A DNA stretch of 64,000 nt from Anthoceros angustus (Eukaryota > Plantae > Anthocerotophyta). Below are positions 38,330 to 49,278 of this stretch, one piece after another. The translations under genes and the position numbers were made by a program. A model generated the notes under the pieces. That model made no database searches. It was given only the letters and a program-made list of their open reading frames with translations, and was not told the origin of the DNA. Positions within the stretch are counted from its first letter, which is position 1, and each line of letters opens with the position of its first letter. The stretch spans positions 3,373,478-3,437,477 of the forward strand of contig MU008158.1 of the NCBI GenBank assembly GCA_010909165.1, in the 5' to 3' direction.

Positions 38330-40855
38330 TTACAACGCATATTGAGCGCCTCTGATTTTTTGTTTACCACGTGTCTTCTCGTTGTGCTCGATTCCTTGTA
38401 CGTCAAACACTACCCGGCCTGACGAGTTGAGATGTGGCAAATACCCTTGTTTCTTCGTTTCGGGATTTAATTGTCTCAGCCTCGCATATATACGTTCACT
38501 CTCGGGATGCTCGTTATCCCCAACAACAAACCTATGCACCAGTCCCCCCAAATCTGTCCAGCAACTATGGCCTGGTTGCTTCCATGCCCCAATTTCTTTC
38601 CTCCTCTTCTGCATCTTCTCTGCCTCGTCCCACATCTGGGCACTCGTATAGATGTTCGACATGGACACAAATGCTGTAGCATCTTTCTCGTCTAGCTTTA
38701 CTGCTTCCAGGAAAGCATGGCGTCCGACCTTCACGTTGCTCCACTTTTGACAAGAACCCAGCAGGCTGTGCCAAACAGAATCAAGAGGCTCTACAGGCAT
38801 TGTCCTAACCACGGCTAGGGCCTCGTCAAGTTGGCCTGAACGACCGAGGAGGTCCACCATGCATGAGTAATGCTCAGCGGTGGGCGTGATGCCATAGTGT
38901 TTGCTCAAAGATTCAAAATACTCCCGCCCCTTGTCCACAAGCCCAACATGACTGCAGACTGTCAAGACACTGAGGAATGTGATGTCATTTGGCGGTATGC
39001 CATCATCTGTCATTCGATGAAGCAAGTCAAAGACTACGTCACTCTGTCCTTGCCGGGTGTATCCGGCAATCAGTGCATTCCAAGCGAACACATCTCTTTC
39101 AGGCAATAGATCAAACACCTGCTGTGCATCTAGCATGCTCCCACACTTTGCATACATGTTTACCAAACTGTTGCATACAGTTCCATCAGCTTGAAGCCCT
39201 TGCTCCTCAATCTGTGCATGCAGATGCCTTCCTGCATGCAAAGCTGCTGCACTTGCAGATGCTTGCAGGAGGCTCACAAACGTCACCGAATCAGGTCGAG
39301 CAATGCCTTCTTTTTGCATAGCAGTATACAGTTGAAGGGCTTCCAGACCCATGCCCTGTTGGGAATAGCCTGCTATAATGGAGTTCCAAGTCACCACATC
39401 TTTTTTATCAATTCCGTCAAACACTATCTGAGCGTCCTCTAGGCTGCTACACTTTGCATACATGGTTATCAAACCGTGGGCTACACAAGCATCAGCCTGA
39501 AGCCCTAGTTCTCCGATTTGTGCATGAAGCTGCCTTCCCTTCTCCAAAGCAGATGTACCCATACTTGCACACGCCTGCAAGAGGCAAACAAATGTCGCAG
39601 AATTGGGTGGAGTGGTCCCCTCTTCCTGCATAGCGCTGTAGAGATGAAGGGCTTCCCAACCCAGGCCCTGCTGGGAATATCCTGCTATCATGGCATTCCA
39701 CGTTGCTACGTCTTTTTGATGGATTCCAAGAAACACACTCTTGGCATCCTCCAGGCTGCCACACTTTGCATACATGTTTACCAGGCTGCAAGCTACAACC
39801 AGATCAAGCTCAACTCCTTGGTCAAAAATCTGTGTATGAAGGTGCTTACCCTTCTCCAAAGCAGGGGTGCCCACACTTGCACATGCCTGCAGGAGGCACA
39901 CAAACGTCACAGAATCTGGGGGCACAATGCCTTCTCCTTGCATAGCGCCATGAAGACAAAGGGCTTCCTGGCCCAATCCCTGCTGGGAATATCCTGCTAG
40001 CATGGCATTCCACGTGACCACATCCTTCTGAGAAAGCCCGTCAAATACAGTCCGAGCATCCTGTAAGCTGCCACACTTTGCATACATGTTCACTAGGCTG
40101 CAACCTACATCCACATCAACCGGCAGACCAAGGTCTCCAATCTGTGCATGAAGCTCCTTCCCCTTCTCCAAAGCCGGGGCACCCACTTTTGCACAAGCTT
40201 GCAGGAGGCACACAAACGTGACAGAATCTGGTGCAGGGATGCCTTGTTCTTGCATTGCACTGTAAAGACGAAGTGCTTCCTGACCCATGCCACACTTGGC
40301 ATACATGTGCACCAAGGAGCTACAAACAAACACATCAGGCTCAATTCCACTGGCCAACAGGTCAGCATGCACCTGCTGCCCCGTTTCCAAGTCTGCTCCC
40401 CTTGCGCAAGCCTGAAGAGCTGCCACAAACACGTGGCCATCCGGCTTCACACTTGCCCTGCGCATCCGATAATACAATTGGATGGCCCGCTTGTCTTGCT
40501 CATGTCTAACATGCGCAGAAATGATGGACGACCACATGAAGGCATCTGGCCTGGAAACCTCTTCAAACACATCCACGGCATCCTGCAACCTGCCATGCGA
40601 AGCATACATCCGCAGGATATGGTTGCACAGGAAAGTGTCCGACTGGTATCCCTTTCCCACCGTGAAAGCATGGACGCGGCGACCCAGATCCAGATCCTTG
40701 TTAAGCACACATCTGTTGAGAACAGTGTAAAGCACAGATTTTGAAATATGACAGTCCGTGTGCATCAGTAGCCCCAGAGCCTCCACAGCCTGATTGACAT
40801 GCCCATGTTGACAAAGCTTGGTCACCAGGCCTGCGATGGTCGGGATCTGGGTCAT
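38330..40855 (-). CDS. PLS-class pentatricopeptide repeat protein with E1/E2 and a truncated DYW (WW-like) domain; organellar RNA-editing factor family
   Basis: Intronless ORF with repeated P-L-S triplets (SLVNMYAKCG..DVVTWNAM..PDSVTFVCLLQAC), HYSCMVDLLGRSG and KQPGHSCWTDLGGLVHRFVVGD..HP; ends shortly after HNEK. Confidence 0.93.
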   Translation of the reverse strand: MTQIPTIAGLVTKLCQHGHVNQAVEALGLLMHTDCHISKSVLYTVLNRCVLNKDLDLGRRVHAFTVGKGYQSDTFLCNHILRMYASHGRLQDAVDVFEEVSRPDAFMWSSIISAHVRHEQDKRAIQLYYRMRRASVKPDGHVFVAALQACARGADLETGQQVHADLLASGIEPDVFVCSSLVHMYAKCGMGQEALRLYSAMQEQGIPAPDSVTFVCLLQACAKVGAPALEKGKELHAQIGDLGLPVDVDVGCSLVNMYAKCGSLQDARTVFDGLSQKDVVTWNAMLAGYSQQGLGQEALCLHGAMQGEGIVPPDSVTFVCLLQACASVGTPALEKGKHLHTQIFDQGVELDLVVACSLVNMYAKCGSLEDAKSVFLGIHQKDVATWNAMIAGYSQQGLGWEALHLYSAMQEEGTTPPNSATFVCLLQACASMGTSALEKGRQLHAQIGELGLQADACVAHGLITMYAKCSSLEDAQIVFDGIDKKDVVTWNSIIAGYSQQGMGLEALQLYTAMQKEGIARPDSVTFVSLLQASASAAALHAGRHLHAQIEEQGLQADGTVCNSLVNMYAKCGSMLDAQQVFDLLPERDVFAWNALIAGYTRQGQSDVVFDLLHRMTDDGIPPNDITFLSVLTVCSHVGLVDKGREYFESLSKHYGITPTAEHYSCMVDLLGRSGQLDEALAVVRTMPVEPLDSVWHSLLGSCQKWSNVKVGRHAFLEAVKLDEKDATAFVSMSNIYTSAQMWDEAEKMQKRRKEIGAWKQPGHSCWTDLGGLVHRFVVGDNEHPESERIYARLRQLNPETKKQGYLPHLNSSGRVVFDVQGIEHNEKTRGKQKIRGAQYAL

Positions 40856-42112
40856 CACACAAGCTCCAGTTACATGTGCAGGTAGGGCAACCCATGCGCA
40901 TATCCAGAGCTGTCCGGGACGAAGCCACAAGCGCTTGGGCCAACAGGATCCTCGCTCCTGCAATCCGAAGCCCCGGATGGTTCAAGGGAACAACGGCCAA
41001 AGAGCTGAACAAATGTAGAGGCAACTTTCAATAGCATCGCTGAGCTCGAATCTTCCAATCACACAATTTCGTCCCGTAATCTTGATAATCACAAGATTCG
41101 ATTCCATAATGTGGAACTCAAATTTTTGGCACCCTAGAGGGCCTGGCTACTCAATCGTGAGGAGACTACATATGTACATACACATGTAGTCGACATCACT
41201 ACCATACCATGGCGGGCATTCTCAGAGAAGAATGATGAAGAAGAATTTTATTTAAGTCCACTAAGGACGGATTTCCGTCGTAGGACTTGGTACTTAACAA
41301 CTTGTACCATGGTGTGCCTAAGCTACTTGCACAAAGGGCATCCACTCCCTTTAGGCACCCCATCTAAGTACCGATCCAAGCTCAGGATGCTTAATCACGG
41401 ACGTCTTATAAATGTGTGTCCATTTGGCCTAAGGGTACGGTCTTGAGGCCACGTCATCACGGGATGGACGTCCTTCGGGACGAGACGGGACATCCACCGT
41501 GTGGTTTTGAACGTGTGGGACGGGACATCCACCGTACATGACATGCCTTATGCCCAACCGCGCGTGAACGCTTCTTCCTAACCGTGCGGCCCTCGGTTTC
41601 CTGGTTTATAGTTTGTGCGTAGTCTTGACCCGGCTCTAAAATCGGTATTTATGAAACGCCAAGGGATTTGCCAAAACTACTTCCGTGACCGGAACTGTGC
41701 GCCCAATGCTGTCATGGTTCTGAAGTGACCGGGGTTTGGAGGGCGTACCCAGTGCCATTGCGTGTAAATGGAGACGTGGGAAGACGGTACGTTACTCGTG
41801 AAACAGGTACCGAGAAACTTCCGGTGCAGTTTCCTGGAGTCATCTGCGGAATCGGCCTTGGCATTTGGCATGGGCATATAGCGGGGTTTGGCATCTTGGC
41901 TCTGCCAACCTGCCTGTCTGCTTTCCTTTCTCCGGCTTGGGTGTGTGCAGGGGTCTCAGTGTCTGAGTGGGAACCTCTGAGCTGCCTGGCTTTGTCAAGG
42001 GTCCCGCTCCTTGCCCCATCAGGATATCCGAAGTTTTTCCAAGTTCGTCTAAGGCTCCTGGAGCTCGCATTGCAGTCTTGCAGACAGGTTGATCACTAAC
42101 GGCTCAGCGAGG

Positions 42113-43090
42113 ATGACGATCAAACTGTATGGCTTCCCCCTCTCCACTGCCTGCAGCCGAGTGTATGTCGTCCTGTACGAACTGGGAGTGGAATTTGAGC
42201 TGGTGCCGATCAGGGTGCCCAAAGGCGAGCACAAGGAACCGGAATACTTGAAGTTGCAGGTCAGCATCCACCTCCCACTGCTTTCGGGCACTCGTCGGTC
42301 GCACCGGTAGCAAAGCATAGCAGCACTCCGAATGCAATGCCTGCCCTAACGTGAAGTTTGTTACCTCCGGTGTGGCATTGTTCCCGCTATGTCCGCTGCA
42401 AGTGTGATTAGAATGCTTCGTGTGCTCAGCTCACTGTCGAGCATTGTGCCTTGTGCGATTGAAACAGCCTTTCGGACAAATTCCGGTTCTGGAGGACGGA
42501 GATATCCGCATCTTCGGTGAGACAAGTTCCCCTCCCGCTATTACCTGAGCTGTGACAGGTTAGAGGGCCCCCTGTGACCTGATCAAGCACCTGCACCTGT
42601 GAATGTCGCAGAGTCGAGAGCCATCATGCGATACCTGGCAGAGCAGTACGCAGGAGAAGGCAAATCCCTGCTGGGAGAAACGGTGAAGGAGAAGGCCTTG
42701 GTGCAGCAGTGGCTGGAGGTGGAGGCGCAGAACTACTCCGACCCCGTGGGCAAGGTCCTGGTTCAAACCGAAGTCTTCCGCAAGTTTAACCCGCGCTCCG
42801 TTCCCGATGCGGCGGTGAGGGCACAGTACCTGGCCAAGCTGGGGCAAGTCCTGGACATCTACGACGCTCACCTGGCCAAGAACAAGTACCTGGCCGGGGA
42901 CAACGTCTCCATCGCCGACCTGGTGCATCTTCCCTCCACGACGTTCCTGCTCTTCTGCAGCGAGGAGGCGAAGCAGCTGTACGATAGCCACAAGCACGTC
43001 TCCGCCTGGCTCACGGACCTCAGCTCCCGGCCTTCATGGCAGCGGGTGTCCGCCGATCTCGCTCCCCACATCAAGAGCCTCACGGAATGA
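42113..43090 (+). CDS. GSTF: Phi-class glutathione S-transferase (3 exons)
   Basis: MTIKLYGFPLSTACSRV..GEHKEPEYLKLQ/PFGQIPVLEDGDIRIF/ESRAIMRY..YLAGDNVSIADLVHLP. Confidence 0.95.
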
Positions 43091-44625
43091 GCAGATGGGG
43101 TTGGTCCAGCACCTCCCGCATCCCTCGCGCGCCTTCACGTGCATTCACGCCCCTTCACAAACGCCACCGTTCTGGAAATGGACTCCACGCTGCACGAGTC
43201 TTCTACCTAGTACAGGTTTAGCGTTCACGACCCCTGGGGCCTGAATTGTTTTGGAGGAGTTTGGTCCTCCGTCCACAAATGCTAAAGCAAATTTGTCTCA
43301 AAATATTACACACTGTGAATCGGGGACGGGATAAGCACAGGTTCACGTCGCTGTGTCACAGAACAGGGAGTTGCTATCCTGGCGCCAACCTAACGATGGC
43401 GACCGCGTCTCCGTGATTCGACTGTAAGAGAAGCTAAGCTACAACGGGACGGGACAGGCGCTGGAGCCAGCTCCTCCGAGTCGTGTTGTGTGATCGATAT
43501 CGTCCGTGTGACGGAAGAACCGGGTGGGGCCCGGCAACCGTCTCTCTCCTCGGCCCTGGACCTGGCCTCTCGTGGTTTCCCCTCTCTCTCACAAGCACAG
43601 TGCAGGCGAGGCGAGGCGAGGAGAGGCAAGGCAAGGCAGCCTCAACACTCCTCGAGGCCAAGCTCTGTGCTTTCGCCGTCTCCACCGCTCCTCGCAGCGT
43701 GCCGCTTAGATCGTCCTTTGCCGCGCTTTCTTCTGCACGGCTCCGCACGCATCCAGCGTCCCGCCTCCTGTCGCGTGCTCCCGCCTTGCCGCCCGGGCGC
43801 GCTGCTCGGCTCTGCTCGGCTCGGCTCGGCTCTGCTTTCTCGCGAGTGTCTGCTTCTTGTGCTTCGCGGATCCGCGGCCCGCATTCCCCATGTAAGTATC
43901 CTGATGCCTCACGCGAGGTGGCGCGCCTCAATTGGGACTCTGCCTGCTGCGCTATCGACTCGGTCGGGTTTCTGTGCGTCCTTGCTCTGTCAGTTCTTGG
44001 ATCGGCGGCGCTGCTGGCTTTGCATCTCTGCTTGCTGCCCTGCTTCTTTGATGTAGATTTGTGTCTGCCGCATTACGCAACTCGCGCGCTTTGCCCTTGC
44101 CCTAACTACGCCAATTCGGTTCAGGCCAGCTTGGCGGCCGGTTCCGGGCAGATGTCCGGTGCCGGGATGTGCATCTTCGTCTTTGTCTGCTTGAACTGCA
44201 AGGCCGTCTCGATGCTGAATCGGGCCCGCCTCGGAAGGCGTCTGTCTGCAATTGCGACTGATTTGCTGTGTCGGGCTGGCTAACGATTATTTTTTTGTCT
44301 TCGGAAGGCCCGAGATTAGGGGGGAGGGGGCTTCTTGTGTGTGAGATGCGGTGACGAGGGGACACAGGTGGCGTGTTGTTGCATCTGATGACGGAGTATT
44401 GTATACTGATGCTCGCGTACGTAATGCAGAACAGTAGTTCCGGGGGCTTAAAAGTTCGTCACCACGGCGTGCCACAATAACTCCAAGTGTGAGTACACCT
44501 ATTTGCTGCTTCCGGGGTGCTGCTGCTGGTGGATGTGTGGTTGTATGTGCTGACAGTGATTTGCGGGTTGCGGGTTGCGGGTTGCGTGTTGCGTGTTGCT
44601 TTGGGAGCTCGCAGATCCCAAGACC

Positions 44626-44952
44626 ATGTCTTGGAAGACAGCACCCTATGCAACAGTGCGAGATGTGCCCACTTATCAGGAGAGAACGAAAGAGACCATC
44701 CCCCCCTGGGACAAGGACCAAACCTCACCGGTGAACACGAGAGGGCAGCGTCACTACACGGCTGCACAGATTGCTCCATACGGCAATACTCACAATCAGC
44801 CAGCTCCCCGTCGTTTGACCGAGTTGGAGAAGATGGTGAAGGCTCCTTATGCCACGTACGATGTGGACTCTGGGAGACAGCAGCAAGCAAGGACTCCTAC
44901 CACGGTACCCCGCGACGCTCCCCGCGTTGCTGACTTGGCTCGAGATTCATGA
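44626..44952 (+). CDS. Candidate small orphan protein (108 aa) with three APY[AG] repeats
   Basis: ACCATG lies just after a CAG acceptor (44612-44614), with an upstream GTAAGT donor at 43892 following a CT-rich 5'UTR-like region. Repeats: TAPYAT, IAPYGN, KAPYAT. Confidence 0.45.
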   Translation: MSWKTAPYATVRDVPTYQERTKETIPPWDKDQTSPVNTRGQRHYTAAQIAPYGNTHNQPAPRRLTELEKMVKAPYATYDVDSGRQQQARTPTTVPRDAPRVADLARDS

Positions 44953-45894
44953 AGTCGAAGAGCAGAGGGACCGGACCTTACCGGGTGGTAGAGTCTCTCA
45001 TCTCATGTCATCGCTTCCCCACTTGGTTGTACTTCGGGGAGTGGGCAGTCCCAGTGGCAAGGGGACTCTGTGGCACTCCCTCCCTCATGTATGTACTGCA
45101 ATGGTGTCCGCCTGCTGGTGGCGGTGGAAAACGGGCAGCTACGCGTGTGTTGTCGACGCAAACGGGCAATCGTGTTGATAGACAGTGAGGAACATGCACA
45201 TGGCTTAGCTGTACAATTTGGGTGGAAAGAGAGTAGAATTTGGGTGTGTTTGTGACAAGCCTTTACCCTTCTGCTTCCATTAGGCAGCTGGAGTGATGCC
45301 CTTCCCTTGGGGCATCCAGCATCCAGAATCCAGCATCCAGCAAATCGGTGCTGTTATCACCAGCTAGCTGGTGTCCCCCTCGTGTGTCAGTGCGCCCCTG
45401 GTGGGGCTGGCTAGCGATGTTCCAAGATTGTGCCAGATCTTTTGTGCTGTATGTTTGGTGGCGATGGAGGAATCTGCAGTGGCAGCCACGTCTGATGCTT
45501 GTGTTCATGTTATTAGGTGGCAGGTCTGGTATGTGGGTAAGCTGCGTTTGGTAGCAAGTCATGTCGGCTGCTGTGGAGGGGTCCATGGGGGCAGGGGGAT
45601 GATAACCTTCAGTGGGTTCTGGAAGCAACATGACGGAGTTGCATATGTAAACGTAGCATAACACCAAGGGCAGGCCAGGGCCTTGGGCTGCACACAGTGG
45701 GTAGCAGCCTTGTTGTGCGGGTCCCACCCACCCACCAGTCGTACGCCGGCCGCACAAATTCAATGATGCTGACTGCATACTGCATACTGCATACTGCATG
45801 AATGGCCCCGTCGCAGTAGGACTAGGACTGAGGAGGTGTCAACAATCTACGAAATATGAATATCCAAAAAGCGGACGAGATACGGAAGTCAGAC

Positions 45895-46052
45895 AGAGCT
45901 TGACCCAATTGCATTGCGCACCCGAAAAGCATGAAAGCTTTTAGAGCTCGCTCGTTTTCACAGCCCATGTGTGTCAACACTGTGGACGGCAGGCGTCGGA
46001 CCGAGAACTTGACCCAATTGCAATTGCACGCTAGCCCATGCGTGTCAAGACA
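45895..46052 (+). promoter_or_regulatory. Duplicated upstream block containing W-box cores (TTGACC) before the third GST
   Basis: CTTGACCCAATTGCA...AGCCCATG.GTGTCAA occurs twice (~45900 and ~46008). Confidence 0.35.
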
Positions 46053-46423
46053 GTCGTGAACCAGGTGTCAAAGCGTCGTTAACACCATCAAAATCCTTCA
46101 AACACCTCGCCGCTCCGCACTAAGAGGAGAATCTCATGTCTTGGTAGACGTCAAAGGTGGAAGGACTGTCAGCCGGTGCTGAAGAGAAAAGAGTCGCACT
46201 TGTGCTTCTGGTCTTGGGGGTCTTGAGGGTCTTCGGACCGACGCCTCATCCGTACGACAAGTGGAGTCCGGTGCCTATTATATATATTTACGAGTTGGCG
46301 ACGAGCTCGGTCGGGGCAATCGATATCGTCGCTAGCATCGAGAGTGAGAAGCATTCGGGCCGTCGACGTCCCCTTGGCTGGCCACCTCGCCTCTGGGTCC
46401 CTGCGCTGCCTTGGTTCACGCCG

Positions 46424-47517
46424 ATGGCACCCTCCACTCCCACCTCCGCCTTCGACGGTAGCACCAGCTCCATCACATTGTATGGCATGTGGCTGTCTGC
46501 ACCAACCATGAAAGTTGCACTCGCCCTGGTGGAGAAGCAGGTGGATTTCGAGTTTCGTGTGGTACAGATTCTGAAAGGAGAGCACAAGCGAGCCGACTAC
46601 CAGGCCAAGAATGTGCGCTAGCCTGCTCACTCGATTCCGCTGCTGTACAACGTTTCCTCTTCCTGCGCGTGCTGATCCCTTGTGAAAATTTGACAGCCCT
46701 TCGGACAAGTCCCTTGCTTGGAGGATGGCGACATCACGCTATGGGGTACGCTGCCACTGCCATCGATATCGTTGCTGGCCCAGGCTTACCACTTTCGAAT
46801 TGGTGTGCCTCCAGATTTCATTCTCTTCACACAAGTTTATTTGTTTGGAAGTAGCATGGCTGACTGTGGGGGGGGAGGGGGGGGATGGATGTGGCAGAGT
46901 CTGGGGCGATCATCCGCTACATCGTGGACAGGTATCCCGCACGAGGACCGAGCCTGTATGGGAGAAACGAGAAGGAGAGGGCGTATGTGGAGCAATGGCT
47001 GGAAGCGTGCGGGCAGAATTACATTCCAAACGTGGTACAAGTGGTGCGGCAGGCAGCCTTCCCCTTCGTGTATCCTCAGAACGACGCTGTGCTGCAGCAG
47101 AGCTTGGAGAGTCTGGGCGGCATCCTGGACGTTTACGAGCGAAGGCTGGAGGTGAGCAAGTATCTGGCAGGGGACTTCTTCTCCCTGGCTGACCTGTCGC
47201 ACATCCCCTACACGCACCACATGGTTGGCCACTCGGCAGCAGGGGCGGAGCTCATCAACAGTCGCAGGCACGTGAAAGCCTGGTGGCAGGACATCACTTC
47301 TCGCCCCGCCTGGAACACGGTGCGAGAAAAGTGTGCTGCGGACTTCGCTGGCCTCGCTCGACTCTTGACGCAGCTCAAACCTTCACACCCATGTTCCATC
47401 CCCTCCCTCCCAGGAGCAGGAGCAGGGGCAGGGGCAGGGGCAGGGGCAGGGGCAGGGGCAGGGGCAGCAGCAGGAGCAGGTGGTGACCCAGAATTAGGAG
47501 AAGAGCAGGTGGTGTGA
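46424..47517 (+). CDS. GSTF: Phi-class glutathione S-transferase (3 exons) with N- and C-terminal extensions
   Basis: ITLYGMWLSAPTMKV..GEHKRADYQAKN/PFGQVPCLEDGDITLW/ESGAIIRY..YLAGDFFSLADLSHIP; the tail contains a (GA)n repeat. Confidence 0.92.
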
Positions 47518-48469
47518 CCCAGAATTAGGATTGTTACTGCCACGCTGTTTGCTGCTACAATGTTTTATGTTGTTGCCCAGGCTGTAACATATAATATAGG
47601 CCCTTGGCACACAGTCTGCCACAATTTTTCTCTTTCCGCGATTTCGCGATTTCGCGATTTCGCGATTTGCTGCTACAATGGCTTTATGTTGTTGCCCAGG
47701 CTGCCATTGTACAACAACATCGCAGGCTTACGGAGACCTGAGCTCCTCCCCGTCATGCTTCGTGTCCCCGCCATGCTTCGTACAGGAACACGGGATAGGG
47801 GAAGGGAGAGGCTGCGAGCGGTACGGTGAACAGGCGAGTGCCTCTCGCCTCTTCATTTACTGATGACATTTAAGCGACGGGCCCTTGATCGACACATCCT
47901 CATGTGTATGTATTTTTTAGAGAGTCGCGCGCCAAGACCACACGCGAGGGAGGTTGGCGCGCCCATGTCAGTGATATTTACAGCCTGAGACATAAGAACT
48001 CTCGCGGGCGTTACCCGTGCACACGCTTTAACCTCTCAGCCAAAGCCGGTACGATCGCAGTTCTTGGTTCGCTGTTTTTTAATCCTTAATTTTAATCCCC
48101 TCTCGGCACGCCATCACTTACTTCCCTAGTTTGCAGGTCTTATCCACCTTTATCTTTGTAGTGCTCCTAACAGTGAACAAGCATAACATAAAATAGAATT
48201 TTTTTTCACATACATATCCATCAAAAAGCCCACCTCATTCAATTCAACTCAATTCAATTCAATTCAAAGTGTAAGCTCTACAAGAAAATCAAATTTGTGC
48301 CCATAAAGGTTGATAAGAATAAATCCATATTATAAATGATTATAGATCGTCGCATGCTGATGTAAGTCGTAGTCTCCATACATAAACTCCTATAGTTTCC
48401 ATAGTATTATATAGACTCCATTAAACAAATTCGTATCCATACACATAGATAGATAAGGATAGATTTATT

Positions 48470-48755
48470 GTTTTTTAATAACTCAATTAATTTGATCATG
48501 AGAAGAGGTTGAAATTAAAATATTGTATAAAAATATTTTTTAATAACTCAATTAATTTGATCATGAGAGAGATTGAAATTAGAATATTTAATACAAATGC
48601 TTCGCTAAGGAATCACGCGGTTGGTCATAGTACATGGTGCAAGCAGCAGAATAATATGGAGGAAAGCTGCTTCCTTTTATACAAGTTTACTTGCATAGTG
48701 CAAGCAGCAGAATAATATGGAGGAAAGCTGCCTCCTTTTATACAATTTTACTTAA
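48470..48755 (+). repeat. Two ~60-bp tandem duplications in an AT-rich intergenic segment
   Basis: TAATAACTCAATTAATTTGATCATGAG x2 and GTGCAAGCAGCAGAATAATATGGAGGAAAGCTGC x2. Confidence 0.8.
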
Positions 48756-49278
48756 CATACATGCATATGTCCATATATGCAAGGAGGAGTTGCACGTGTA
48801 TGCAGGTGATTGGGGAGGAAGAGAGGAGAGTGATCCGGATGAGGTGGGATTCGCAACGGACATGGCAACCAGTGTAGAGCGAGCGGAATCGCGGGAAGCA
48901 GGTGGAGCCTGGGCCACACGTCTGGTCGGATCTGCTCACTGCTGACTCTGGTCTGCTGGGAATTTGCCGATTGGGAATCCCGAAAGCTGGCAAAGGCTTA
49001 GGCAAAGGCCAATGCCAATGCCAAAGCCAGAGACATTTACCTCCACCAACAACCACTGTGCAGCTTCCGATCAACACGACGCAAACAGTAGGTGCAACCA
49101 ATGAGGGAATGTCCGTCCACCTGCCCCTCTTGCCCCGAATTGGACACTTTCAATTTGCCATAACACCAAAACACACGCCCGCCCCCGGGCCCGTCTCCAC
49201 ATACCCCCACTCGCCCTTCAGACAGGCTCCTCGCATAGTCTATTCGGGACAGTGGAAAAGCTGGGTGGTGACTCAACC

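Noticed and set aside
40856-41037. Upstream ATG (MLLKVASTF...) as the PPR transit peptide via a frameshift
   Set aside because: It is out of frame with the PPR ORF and there is no independent evidence; the start is left at the first in-frame ATG.
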